Assembly: GCA_963829055.1 (NCBI GenBank)
Contig: CAWHHI010000008.1
Span: forward strand, 320,001-384,000
Direction: 5' to 3'
Length of the DNA stretch: 64,000 bases
DNA from: an uncultured Gemmatimonadaceae bacterium
Lineage (GTDB): Bacteria; Gemmatimonadota; Gemmatimonadetes; Gemmatimonadales; Gemmatimonadaceae
This document shows positions 35,845 through 47,216 of this stretch, in pieces. A program made the translations under genes and the position numbers. The notes below the pieces were generated by a model. That model saw only the letters and a list, made by a program, of their open reading frames with translations. It ran no database searches and was not told the DNA's origin. How positions within the stretch are numbered: position 1 is the first letter of the stretch; every line of letters starts with the position of its first letter.

Positions 35845-36780
35845 CTACTGCCCGATCTTCCCGAACTCATGATGACCTGGACCAGCGCCGGTCCCATGAT
35901 CACGATGAACAAGGCCGGCAGAATGAACAGCACCAGCGGGAACGTCATCTTGAGCGGCGCCTGCTTTGCCTTCTTCTCCGCGGTCTGACGGCGCTTGCGC
36001 CGGAGCGTCTCGGCCGACACGCGAAGCACCGTCGCAATGCTCGTACCCCACTTCTCGCTCTGAATCATGCTCGAGACGAGCGCGCGCATCTCCTCGACGC
36101 CCGTGCGCTGCCAGAGCGAGCGCAGCGCGGTGTCGCGCGGGATGCCGGCGTTCGTCTTTCGGTTCACGACCGCCAGCTCGTGCGCGAGGTCCGTGTGCGC
36201 CGAGCCGAATCTCACGGGCCACGCGAAGGATCGCCGCGTCGAGACTGACGCCGGCTTCGACGCAGACGACCAGGAGGTCCAGCGCATCCGGGAACCGACC
36301 GCCGAATGCGCTCCTGCCGCTGCCGCACGAGCCGGTCCAGGAAACCCATCGGGAATGATCCAGCCGCGCAGAACATCGACGACGCCAATGCTGAGCGCGT
36401 ACATCGAAGAAGCTGATCCTCGGGCCACGAAGGCGATCGCGAGCACCGGGAGGATCGACGAACGAGACCACTCGAACGAAGAAAGAACGTCGCCGGCGCG
36501 GTTGGCGTATCGAACCCCGCCTGAATCAGCTTCTCCTGACGACGCGACGTCGTCGGTCGGACTGCCCGGGCAACGTATCCAGCAGCCACTGGCGGAGGCC
36601 GACGCGACTGCGGTCCTTGATCGGGCCGAAGCACGATCGTCGGACGCGGAACCGTCGTCCATCGACGCCCGCGCGCGCCAGCACGGCTCGCCGCTGTGCG
36701 ATCGTCAGATGAGCGCAGCCCGCCGACGATGACGGCGAGCACGACCAACGACCAGGAGAACGATGAGCTGAAATGGGCAT
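35845..36780 (-). CDS. tadC: TadC, type II secretion F family (frameshifted)
   Basis: PDALDLLVVCVEAG, QSEKWGTS, KMTFPLVLFILP. Confidence 0.88.
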
Positions 36781-36790
36781 GGCTCGGACC

Positions 36791-37773
36791 TCAGATATCG
36801 ATGTCGGCGATCTTCATCATCATGTAGTACCCCGCCATGACCATGAACCCGGCGAACACGAACACGATAGACGCCCGTGGGCTGACTCGCCAGCATCGGC
36901 TCCATGAACTTCGCGGTTGATCAGGTTGATGAGGACGAACACGACCAACGGGCAACAGCCGACAGAATGCGCGCCGACATCTTCGACTCCGCCGTCAGCG
37001 TCTCGATGTCGGCCTTCAGCGCCGCCCGCTCGCGCATGAGCGTGCCGATGTTCCCGAGCACCTCGCTCAGGTTACCACCGGTCTCGCGCTGAATCAGCAT
37101 CGCCGTCACGAACATCTTGAGATCCAAACTATCAATGCGGCTCTGCAGGGCAAGCAGCGCGGTGCGGACTTCCATGCCGAGTCGCTGCTCCTCGTAGAAT
37201 CGCGAGAACTCCGGACCGAGCGGTCGCGTGATCTCTTCGCCAATGAACTTCATCGCGGCCTGGAACGAGTACCCGGCCTTCATCGCGCTCACCAGCATGT
37301 CGATCGCGTCCGGCAACTGATCCCGGAACAGTCGAGATGCGCTTCTTCTGCTTGCCACGGAGCCAGCCAGATCGGGATCAGGAATCCGACAACGCCGCCG
37401 AGAAAGCCAACGATGGCTCCCCGGAAGAGCCAGCCGAGCGCGAATCCGACGACCGTCGACGACAGATGCACACGCGGAGCAGGAAGCTCGCCGGCGTCGT
37501 CTGCTCGAGCCCCGCCTTCTGGAGCTGCTCGGCGACGACCGACGTGATACCGCGGCCAGCCAGCAACCTGTCGAGCGCCGGCAGATCGCTGACGTTCGCC
37601 TCGCGAAGGATGCTCCGAACACTGTCGGCGTAGAGCGATCGCGCTCTCGCAGCCGGTCGAGCGCAGCATCGGCCTGCGCGAGAGCCGCGGCGGTTGATGA
37701 ACAGGTACCCGCCGATCAGCACGCCGACGATGCCGAGAAGACACCGCGCGAGCAGTCAGTAGCTGCGACCCAT
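36791..37773 (-). CDS. tadB: TadB, type II secretion F family (frameshifted)
   Basis: QLPDAID...KAGYS, IQRETGGNLSEVL, LTAESKMSA. Confidence 0.9.
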
Positions 37774-37778
37774 GCAGT

Positions 37779-39275
37779 CTACTCCGATTCGAACATCCGC
37801 GGCGGCAGCTCGACGCCGGCCACCCGGAGTCGGTCGGTAAACGTCGGCCGAACGCCGGTCGCCTCGAACTGGCCGACGATCCGGCCTTCCGGCGAGATGC
37901 CGCGGCGCTTGAAGCGGTAGATCTCCTGCGTCGTCACGACCTCGCCTTCCATGCCGGTGACTTCGGTGACGCTCACGACCCGTCGCGTTCCGTCCGACAG
38001 ACGCGACGCCTGGATGATCACGTCGAGCGCCGACGTAGATCTGCTCGCGCATCGCGCGGTTCGGCAGGTTGGTTCCCGCCATGAGGATCATCGTCTCGAG
38101 ACGCGCCAGCGCGTCGCGCGGCGTAGTTCGCGTGAACCGTCGTCAGCGATCCTTCGTGACCGGTGTTCATCGCCTGGAGCATGTCGAGCGCCTCCGCGCC
38201 GCGAACCTCACCGACGATGATTCGATCGGGGCGCATACGCAACGCGTTCTTCACGAGGTCGCGGGCCACGACTTCGCCGCGGCCTTCGGAGTTTGGCGGC
38301 CGTGTCTCGAGCCGAACCACGTGCTCCTGCTGCAGCCGGAGCTCGGCGGCGTCCTCGATCGTGACGACGCGCTCGTCCGCCGGAATGAACGAGCTGAGCG
38401 CGTTGAGCAGCGTCGTTTTGCCCGGAGCCGGTACCGCCGGAGATCAGCATATTCAGCCGCGCCTTCACGCAGCCGGCGAGCAGCTGCAGCATCTCCATCG
38501 TCAGTGCGCCGTTCGCGATCAGCTGCTCGACCGTGAGGTCGGCGCCGAATCGACGGATCGACAGCACCGGTCCGTCGAGCGCCAGCGGCGGAATGATCGC
38601 GTTGACGCGCGAGCCGTCGGGGAGACGGGCGTCGACCATCGGCGACGACTCGTCGACGCGACGGCCGACGCGGCTCACGATGCGGTCGATGACCGCCAGC
38701 AGGTGCGCGTCGTTCCGGAACTGCGCGCCGACGCGCGAGAGCTTACCCTTTCGCTCGATGAAGATGTCCTTCGCGCTGTTGACGAGGATGTCCGAGATCG
38801 TCGGGTCGCGGAACAGCGGCTCGATCGGGCCCGAGGCCGGTGATCTCCCAGACGATCTGCTCGACGATCTCCTCGCGCTCCGTCTGGCTGAGCGGCGTCG
38901 ATTCCTCGCGGAGGAACTCACCGACGGCGAGCCGGATCTGGTGGACGACCTCGACTTCATCCTTGATCTGCTCGAGCGCCTCGAGGTCGAGGCGCTCGAT
39001 GAGCCGGTGGTGCAGGTCGATCTTGAGCTGATCGACGGCGCTGAGCTTTTCCGTCGCTCGCGTCCGCGCGTCGAGTACATGCTCGACCCAGGCGCGCATC
39101 GAGCGACTCGATCGCCGACAGCGCGCCGTCTGAATGGCGGCGCGGGCGGCGCCGCCGCAAGGCGGCCATTCGAGCTGCTCCAGCTCCGGAGATTCGGGCG
39201 CGGCAGCGCGGCGGCTTCGCGGCGCCGTGCCGTTCGAGCTGGCTTTCGCCCCGAGAGTCGATCCATCAGCGACAT
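37779..39275 (-). CDS. cpaF: CpaF/TadA pilus ATPase (frameshifted)
   Basis: [25 protein letters not shown] Walker [25 protein letters not shown]. Confidence 0.95.
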
Positions 39276-39279
39276 GTTC

Positions 39280-40487
39280 AGCTCCTCTTCCGCGCGAACA
39301 GGTTCTTGAGACGCGATCCGCCCGGCGCCGTTCTGGTCTGTGCGCGCCATTGGTCTGCCGAGGCTGACGCCTCCACCGAGCTTGCCGCAAGCTGCGCGAA
39401 CGCCCAGCCGAGCTTCGACGCCCGGGTCGAACTCGGCGACCGGCACGCCGTTCGTGAGCGCGCCGGACGCCACGCGATAGTCGTTAGGCAGCTTGAAGAA
39501 GATCGCGGCCTTGAGCACGTCTTCCGCGTCCGCCGGAGAGAGCACCTCGCCCGACTGGAAGCGGTTGACGACGACGCAGACCTTGTCCTTCGAGTAGCCG
39601 AGGCGGCGGCACAGCTTGACCGTGCGCTGCGTGCTGCGGAGCGCCGCCGACGCTCAGCTGCGTCACGAGGACGATCCGGTCCGCCGCGTCCAGCGCCGCG
39701 AGCGTTCGATCGTTGAGCTGATGCTCGCAGTCGAGCACCGTGAACAGAAAGTTGCTGCCGCAGGTGCTGGATGATCGTGGTGACCGTGTTCGCGTCGACC
39801 TGCTCGTCCGCCTCGGGGCTGTCCGGCGCCGGCAGGACCCAGACACCGCCACGACGTCGGCGTCAGCAGCGAATTCAGCAGCTCCGCATCGATGCGGTCG
39901 ATCTTCGCGACCAGGTCGCCAAGGTCGTAGGACGGATTCGAGGTTCAGCAGGACGCGAATGTCGCCCGCCCCGATGACCAGGTCCGCGAGCGCGGCGCGA
40001 GCACCCGGGTGATTCTTGGCGAAGCCATACGCGAGGTTCGTCGCAACCGTGCTCACGCCGAGCCCACCCTTCGGCGCTGTACACGGCGATGATCTCGCCG
40101 TGATCCGACGGTCGACTGCGTGCGCCGCATCAGATCGATCGACGGCCGCCGGCAAGGTCCTTCGGGTCGGGCGGAGCGACGAGGAACTCCTGAATGCCGG
40201 CGCGCATGGCGCGCAGCATCACATCCGGCTCCTGCTTTGGGTGCGGTGCCGATGACCGCCGTGTAGCGCTCACGACGAATCTCCCGCTCGAGCGTGGCCA
40301 GCTGAAGATCGGCGACGCCGTCGAGCGGGAGGATCACGAGATCGACGTGCTTCTGGCGAAGCTGATCGATCGCCGCCTCCACGTCATCCACACTGTGGAA
40401 TTTCGTGAACCCGAACCGGGCGAGCACCTCCGTCGCCGGCTCTTCCGGTCCGGCCGCGCGACCAACGAGCAATGCCTCTCGTGCCAT
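39280..40487 (-). CDS. cpaE: CpaE/TadZ (receiver-like domain plus MinD-like ATPase; frameshifted)
   Basis: [14 protein letters not shown] deviant Walker A; N-terminal receiver-like fold. Confidence 0.82.
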
Positions 40488-40527
40488 ATCTGCTCGATAT
40501 ACCTGGTCTGATTCGACTCGCCGCGTG

Positions 40528-41687
40528 CTACGGGCGCGCGCTGGTTAGGCGGCAGGCGCTTCTTCAGCGCGTCGAGTGCCGGCTTCGTCGTATCAGGCTT
40601 GCAACCGCATCACGTCCTCGGCGCGCGGGCGCAGCGGATCGACGATGATCGGGTGTGACGATCACGATCAGCTCCGACTCGTTCTTCTGGAACCGCGTGC
40701 TCGAGAACAGCTGACCGAGGATCGGGATGTCCATGAGCAGCGGGATGCCGGTCTTGACGCGCTCATCCTCGTTGGAGAACAGGCCCGACAGGACGAGGCT
40801 CGTGTTCCGCCTGACGTCGACGGTGCTCTCGATGCGGCGCGTGCGGAGCGCCGGAATGCGGAAGCCCTGGAGCAGGACGGCGTTCGACGAAGTCGAGGCT
40901 CGACACCTCGGGCATCACCTGCAGCTTGATCAGGCTGTCACTCACGATCTCCGGCGTGAACCTGAGCCGGATACCGAACTCCCGGAATTGAATGGATACA
41001 CGCCGATTGGCCACCCGGACCGCCACTGCCGCCCTGCACAACCGGGATCGGCATCTCGCCACCGGCGAGGAACGTCGCCAGCTCGCGGTTCGCCGTCATG
41101 ATCGTCGGCTCGGCCAGCAGGTGAGCATTGCCGTTCTGTTCCTGCGCGTCGAGGAACGCCAGCAGGTCGTCGGTGCCGAAATCGGTGAGAACGGTGAGGT
41201 ACCGCGTTAGCGACGGGATCGTGACCCTGCCGGTGATCGGGTCGATCGTACGCGTCGCTGCCGAAGTTCCCACTGCCAACGCGAACGTTCTTGTCGCGGT
41301 AGATCGCCGAGACGCCCGATCTCGCGGAGCGCATCGCGTCGGACTTCGGCGAACTTCACGGCCAGCGCGATCTGCATGCGGTCCGCGGCGCGTGTGAACC
41401 TGAACGCGGAAATGCACCCGGCGTCCGCTCTGCAGCCAGAGAATGATGTCGCCTTCACCGGCGGCGGCGGCGTTGATGACGATCTCGCGCTCCGATACGA
41501 CGACGGCGTCGACGATCGCCGGGTTCGCGACCGTGACGCGCGTGATGACTTCCGCCGCCCGGTATGGGTAGGAACGCCCGAGGGGCAGGTCGAGGCGCGT
41601 GACCGCGGTTTCCTGCGCGAACGCACGCTGCGACACGAACATCATCGCGGCGAAGAAGCCGAGCATGCGAATGGCGCGCCGGTACAC
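40528..41687 (-). CDS. cpaC: CpaC/RcpA secretin (frameshifted)
   Basis: VANPAIVD, LAEPTI, FLAGGEMPIP, FREFGIRLRFTP, PEVSSLD. Confidence 0.88.
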
Positions 41688-41764
41688 GTCGCTCTTGCCG
41701 ATCAAGCGAGTGCTCCTTGTGAGGTGATGAGGTTGGGAATGTGCTTCACGCCGAGTGCGCACGC

Positions 41765-42722
41765 GCTCACGGCGTCTTCGAGGAGTCGCGCTTCGCAGCC
41801 GAATCCTTCTGGAACTTGAGATCCGTTGCGCTCGTTCCGCGGAACACCTTGACGTTGAACGAGTCGGGTCGCGCCGGCTTCGGGTGGCGGCGCCTGAACG
41901 ACCGGCGGCGGCGAGTGGTGACTGACGCGGTGCCGGAGCTGGCGATCGTTGCGCGGTGCGGCGCGGTTCCGGCGCTTCGCGTCGCGGCAGCGGGACGGTG
42001 CGCGAGCGCTTGATGTCGGTGAGCACGTCGCTGGCGTTGGCGCCGTTGGTGCTGATGCTGTCCGGGTCGCCGTAGCCGCGCAGCACGAGCTGCAGCGCGC
42101 CCTGCGCGGCGGCGATCGCCAGCCTCTCGGCCTCGCTCCGGCGTGACCTCGATCGAGGCGACGCGCGGCGCTGATCGGGCGGCCGTCCTGGGCGCGCTCC
42201 GGCGCGGCGCCGATGGCCAGCACGCGCATGTTCGACATGAACAGCTTGGCGGTGCTCTTGCCGGCGTTCTCGGGGTCGTCGATGACGACCATGATGTCGA
42301 CGCGGCTGTTCGGCTGGACCATGCCGGCGAGGCTGGCGACGTCGTTGATGCGGATGCCGTAGGCGCGCTTGCCCGGGGTGATCTTGACCTCGAGCCCGGC
42401 GCCGGTGCCCTCCGGGGCGAGCCGCCCGGGGACGAGCGCCTCGCCCTTGTAGACGGCCACGCGGGTGACGCGGTCGGCCACCGAGTCGACGTTCGTGTAG
42501 GCGCCCGCCGGCTGCGTGCCCGCCGGCCACTGCGCCACGACGACCGCCATGCGGTCGACCTTGACGCCCTCGGGCATGTCCTTCGGCCGCGACCACGACC
42601 GGCACGGTCGCGATGCGGCTACTCGCCTTGGTCGCCTCGAGGACGCGGTACACACCGAAGGTCGCGATGACCGCGACGACGAGAGCGAGGTAGAAAATCA
42701 CTGTGTAGCGCTTCGCAGCCAT
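41765..42722 (-). CDS. cpaB: Flp pilus assembly protein CpaB (frameshifted; 3' end approximate)
   Basis: N-terminal TM, SAF domain, PGKRAYGIRI..AGMVQPNSRVDI, NMRVLAIG. Confidence 0.88.
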
Positions 42723-42784
42723 AGGTCACCGCGTCGGATCGGAAGAGCGTGAGAAAACAGCGTGCGTGATGAAGGACGATTGAA

Positions 42785-43253
42785 GCGGCAGAACAGATCA
42801 AGTGCAGGCGCCGGCAAGTGCGCCGGCGCATTCCCAGCGAAAGGTCACCGACCGGGTCAACGGTGAGGGCCGGCACCGGCAGGAATCGGGAGAGCGTAGC
42901 GAGGGGGATCGGATGGGCAGTGACGGTCACGGTGATGTACTCGTTGTTGGTACCGCCCGTGTTCACCGAGACCTTGGTCAAATCCAACCCGTTGAACCCG
43001 TACGTCGTCGCGTAGCTCTGGACCTTATCCTTGACGGCGGTCCTGTAATCTCCGATCGCGTAATTCTTCCATTTCGAACCGTACCGTGCCCCTTCGCGGA
43101 GGCCGAGTCGAGTGCGTTCATCTGCCCGTAGGCTCGGCTGAAGTCGATCACGCCGAACACGATCAAGGCCAGGAACGGGACGACGAGCGCGAACTCGACG
43201 ATCACCGCGCCTCTGCGAGCAACCAAACGGCGCCGCTTGATACTCTTGCTCAT
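42785..43253 (-). CDS. tadE: TadE-like pseudopilin (frameshifted; 3' end approximate)
   Basis: RRGAVIVEFALVVPFL. Confidence 0.8.
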
Positions 43254-43263
43254 GGTGCCGTCC

Positions 43264-43711
43264 TCAGGAGGTTCCGGTGCGTTCCCAGCGGTACCGCACC
43301 GACCGGGTGACAGTGAACGGGGAAAGACCCAGGAACTTTCCAAGCACGGGCAGCGGAACCGGGTGCGCCGTCACCGTAACGGTGACGTACTCCGGCGCGG
43401 TAGGTATGTCGGGCACGACCGTCACGGTGGTCATGTCCAGACTCTTGTATCCGAAGACGGCGGATGTCTGTTGCATCTTGGCTTTGACCGCGGTGGTGGC
43501 CGTGGCCAAGTCGGTTATGAGGTCCTTCCTCGTCGACGCGGTTCGAGCTCCCTCGCGAAGCGCAGCATTGATCGCGTTGAGCTCCGAGTAGGCGCGACTG
43601 AAGTCAATGACGCGCGAAAATCGTGATGAACAGAAACGGCACGACCAGCGCGAATTCGACGATGACCGCGCCGCGCCTGCCTCGACTGGTTCGTGTTCGA
43701 TGTCGCAGCAT
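43264..43711 (-). CDS. tadE: TadE-like pseudopilin, second paralog (frameshifted)
   Basis: RRGAVIVEFALVVPFL; YVTVTVTAHP shared with the neighbouring paralog. Confidence 0.8.
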
Positions 43712-43721
43712 TGCCCCTCGT

Positions 43722-44265
43722 TCAGTACGAAAGAATCCCGGGAATCCAGCCAATCAACAACGCACCGCAGGCGAGTGCGACGCCGTAGGGAAGGTAAGCC
43801 TTGCGCTGCTCGTCCGCCGACACTTTCCCCAGCGGTGCGAGCGAAAACATGGACAGGGACATCGCCACCCGTTCCACGCCCTCACGCGTCCTGCGCTGCC
43901 AGATGAGCGCGCCGAGCGACAACACTCCGCCTGCGAGCGCCGCGACGAGTGCTGCTCGCCAGGCGCCACCAGGACCGAGCCACGCCGCGGCTGCCGCAAA
44001 CAGCTTCACGTCGCCAGCTCCCATGCCACCGGCGACATGGAACATGATCCAGATCGAGAACCCGAGCGCGAGACCAGCCGAGGGCCCGAACCAGCCCCGG
44101 CCAAACCGGCTCGAGCGCGATGGAGAACGCAAACCCCGTGACAACGAGTACCGCGACCAGTGCATTGGGGATTCGCCGCCAACGTACATCGGTGACGCAG
44201 GCGGAGAGCAACAAAATGGTGTAGACCACACCCGCCGCGAGCCGCCACTCAGATCCGGCAAACAC
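43722..44265 (-). CDS. cpaA: Prepilin peptidase CpaA/TadV (A24; frameshifted)
   Basis: TDVRWRRIPN, MGAGDVKL, LPYGVAL. Confidence 0.9.
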
Positions 44266-44498
44266 TCACGGCCTCCACAGACTTCGTTATCCCGCGTCGA
44301 AGCTCCTGACTAACCATCGTTAGGCGGTGAGCAGTAGCCGTCACCGATTACTCCGAGCCCTTCAATACGACAACGCGCCGACTCGACAGACGTCCGCGCG
44401 GGGAACCCACACTCCGCGGAAGCGCCATTGTAGCACGCTCCTCGGCGGAGTAAAACAGGCGATCGTCGTTAGATCGGCGAATCGCCGTTAGATCAGCG

Positions 44499-44678
44499 TT
44501 AGACGGTCGTGATCTGACTCGTCCGAGCCGCGAACCAGCTCTTGATGCTGCTTCCGAAGACCGTGACGACACCGATCAGGAGCACGGCGATGAGCGCGAC
44601 GAGCAGCCCGTACTCCGTAACCGCGATACCTTCGTCCGACCGAACGAACTTCTGTAGCCCTCCGGCAATTCGACGCAT
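44499..44678 (-). CDS. flp: Flp pilin 2 (59 aa; absent from the ORF track)
   Basis: Hand translation: MRRIAGGLQKFVRSDEG/IAVTEYGLLVALIAVLLIGVVTVFGSSIKSWFAARTSQITTV. Confidence 0.92.
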   Translation of the reverse strand: MRRIAGGLQKFVRSDEGIAVTEYGLLVALIAVLLIGVVTVFGSSIKSWFAARTSQITTV

Positions 44679-44800
44679 GTGAAACGCTCCCGGTGCGGTA
44701 CGGTGCCGCGATTCGAGCTACGACGGCGTAGCGCGTGATATGGTACGTCGCGAGGATCTGACAACCTGAACCCGAGTACCGCAACCAACGAGCAGAGTAC

Positions 44801-44837
44801 AGCGATCCGTCGCAGTCAGTGACTGCGACGGATCGCT
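44801..44837. terminator. Perfect hairpin between the two flp genes
   Basis: AGCGATCCGTCGCAGTCA-G-TGACTGCGACGGATCGCT; no U-tract. Confidence 0.6.
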
Positions 44838-44846
44838 CACTCGCAA

Positions 44847-45026
44847 TTAGACGGTCGTGATCTGACTCGTCCGAGCGGCGAACCAGCTCTTGATGCTGCT
44901 TCCGAAGACCGTGACGACACCGATCAGGAGAACGGCGACGAGCGCGACGAGCAGCCCGTACTCCGTGACCGCGATACCTTCGTCCGACTTGATGAACTTG
45001 CTGGTAACGCTGCGAATCTGATTCAT
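44847..45026 (-). CDS. flp: Flp pilin 1 (59 aa)
   Basis: MNQIRSVTSKFIKSDEG/IAVTEYGLL; GAGGGGG upstream. Confidence 0.93.
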   Translation of the reverse strand: MNQIRSVTSKFIKSDEGIAVTEYGLLVALVAVLLIGVVTVFGSSIKSWFAARTSQITTV

Positions 45027-45672
45027 TTGAGCCCCCTCATGAGTTTTGTGAAACAACACCAATGTCGGCGAGGCAATAGCGATTCGCCTGGTCGTTCACT
45101 TCCCCGCGCCGAAACCACCTTCGACCAACCATCAAGTTCGCGCGAGGTTCGGTAGAACGAAAAGGCGCGTTGGTTTCGCAGGGTCGAGAAGCGGTACATG
45201 TTAATCGACTAACCTGCACCCCGCCACAGAAGTCAATCGCCGACCTCGTATTGCCCGGCGCCCTCTGCAAGAACGGTATCACTGCGATTCCCAACACGTT
45301 GGCGATGTCCTGCCCGCCCCAAACCGGTCGCTCTGCCTCACCGCACCGGATCGGAACATAGGATGGTAACCCAACTGTTAACCGCTTCTGATTGCAACTG
45401 ACTTTCTCACCGACTCGCCCATCTGTGCTCGAGCGCCGCGAAACTGGAATCGGTGTAGAATCGGTGTATTTGTCCGGTCACCGGCACCCATTGGACTTGG
45501 GAACCGTGAGTCAGGTCACGACCCGGTTTCCCTGCAATCGTTGCGGCCGACCGACACATAGTGTTGCATTCATGGCACGGTTTCACCACCGAAGATTGCC
45601 ACGGTAGCTCCTCCTCGAGTGCTACTCGAGTAGACGATTGAAACCCCCTGTCAGGGCACTCGTCGAACCGCA

Positions 45673-46144
45673 ATGAACGTTCAGTCCAGGTCCTCGCTCA
45701 CTCCTCGCCAGCAGATAGCGGCCGCGGCGGCCATCGGCACGGTGGCCGGCCTCCTTGCCTACGCGTTCCTGCAACGTCCGGGATTGGGGGCGACTACTTC
45801 TTCGTGTGGAGCGCTGCCCGATCATTGCTCGCGGGCAAGAACCCGTATCACGTCATCGCGGTCGGGCCGGAGAATCCAGGGAACGATGTGTTCCTCTACC
45901 CACTCCCGGCCCTGCTGCTCATCGCCCCGCTCGCGTGGCTTCCGTTGCCCATCTCGGGCGGATACTCCTCACCTGGTTTCACCGCCTCGGACCTGGCGAC
46001 TACTACGTCCAGAAGGCCATACCGTACGCGATGGGTATCTACTTCGTCGCCCTGGCCATCGTTCTGTTGCCCGAACCAAAGCCCGCGCCAGAGTCAACGG
46101 AGTCCCAAACGACTGACCCGATCGGAGCGGTCGTGGCGCCGTGA
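45673..46144 (+). pseudogene. GT-C/GT87-like paralog 6, central part missing
   Basis: N-terminal DYFFVW..GKNPY..LYPLPA joins almost directly to a C-terminal-type helix; QW, KPN and RWRR blocks are absent. Confidence 0.5.
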
Positions 46145-47210
46145 GCAACGGCGCCAGCATCGCGCTCCAGGACTTGCCTCAGCGGGTCTGGGCGCGGGCC
46201 ATGACCGCGCTTCGTGCCGAAGAGGCCACTCGGTCATCGATCCAGGAGGTTCCCTGGCGACAGCGCGCGATGACGGCGTTGGCGATCGGTCTCGCGAGTG
46301 GGTTGCTCGCCTACTACTCCGTCCAGCGCCCGGGTGCGGTGCCGGATTTTCTCTACCCCTGGACGGGCATCCGGCTGTTCCTCGACGGCACCAATCCCTA
46401 CGTCGCTATGCGCGCGAACGCGAGCACCGCCATACGACGAGGCGCTGTTCTACCCGTTCACGGCGCCGCTCGCGCTGCTTCCATTCGCTCGACTGTCACT
46501 GGCGACCGCGGCAAGCGTGTTCTTTGGGTTGTCATCCGCCGCGCTCGCGTACGTCATCACGCGCGACGGCCTGTGGAGAGTGCACGTGTTCATGAGCGCC
46601 CCGTTCGTGACGGCCGCGCTCCTCGTGCAGTTCTCCCCGCTGCTCATGGCCGCGACGTTTCTGCCAGCGGTTGGGTTCCTGACCACGTTGAAGCCGAACA
46701 TCGGGCTGCCCCTGCTCGCTCTACCGCCCGACCTGGAAAGCCGTCGTCGGCAGCGCGGTGTTCGTGGCGATCACCCTGGCCGTGTTTCCGCGCTGGCCTC
46801 TCGGTTGGCTGGATAGCATCCGCCACGATGCTCAGGTCGGCTCCCATGCCATCCCAATGCTGCAGCTCGGGGGAGCGCTGCTCGCGCTGGCGGTGCTCCG
46901 CTGGCGGCGCCCCGCCGGGCGGCTTCTCCTGGCCATGAGCATCATCCCGCAGCAGCTCTTCTTCTACGATCAGCTGCCGCTCTGGCTCATCCCGCGGACG
47001 CGACAACAATCCATCGCGCTCACGGGATGCAGCCAACTCGCGTTCATCCTGTACTACCTCATGCGCACGCCGGGAGCGCCGGTGGTCCGGTCGGCCTACC
47101 CGTACGTGATCGCGCTCATCTATCTACCGGCCCTCGCGATCCTGCTTCGTCAGCCAAAACGTGAGCAGGGAGAGCCGTCCGAGTTGTCAAAGAGTAGCGC
47201 AGCGGCCTGA
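46141..47210 (+). CDS. GT-C/GT87-like membrane protein, paralog 7 (frameshifted)
   Basis: PDFLYPW..GTNPY..FYP; VQF; KPNIG; RWRRPAGRLL..PQQLFFYDQLPL; YLPAL. Confidence 0.68.
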
Positions 47211-47216
47211 CGCGAA

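Noticed and set aside
45027..45672. c-di-GMP riboswitch or sigma54 promoter upstream of flp
   Set aside because: No GEMM consensus is recognisable, and TGGCAC at about 45573 lacks the TTGC -12 element.
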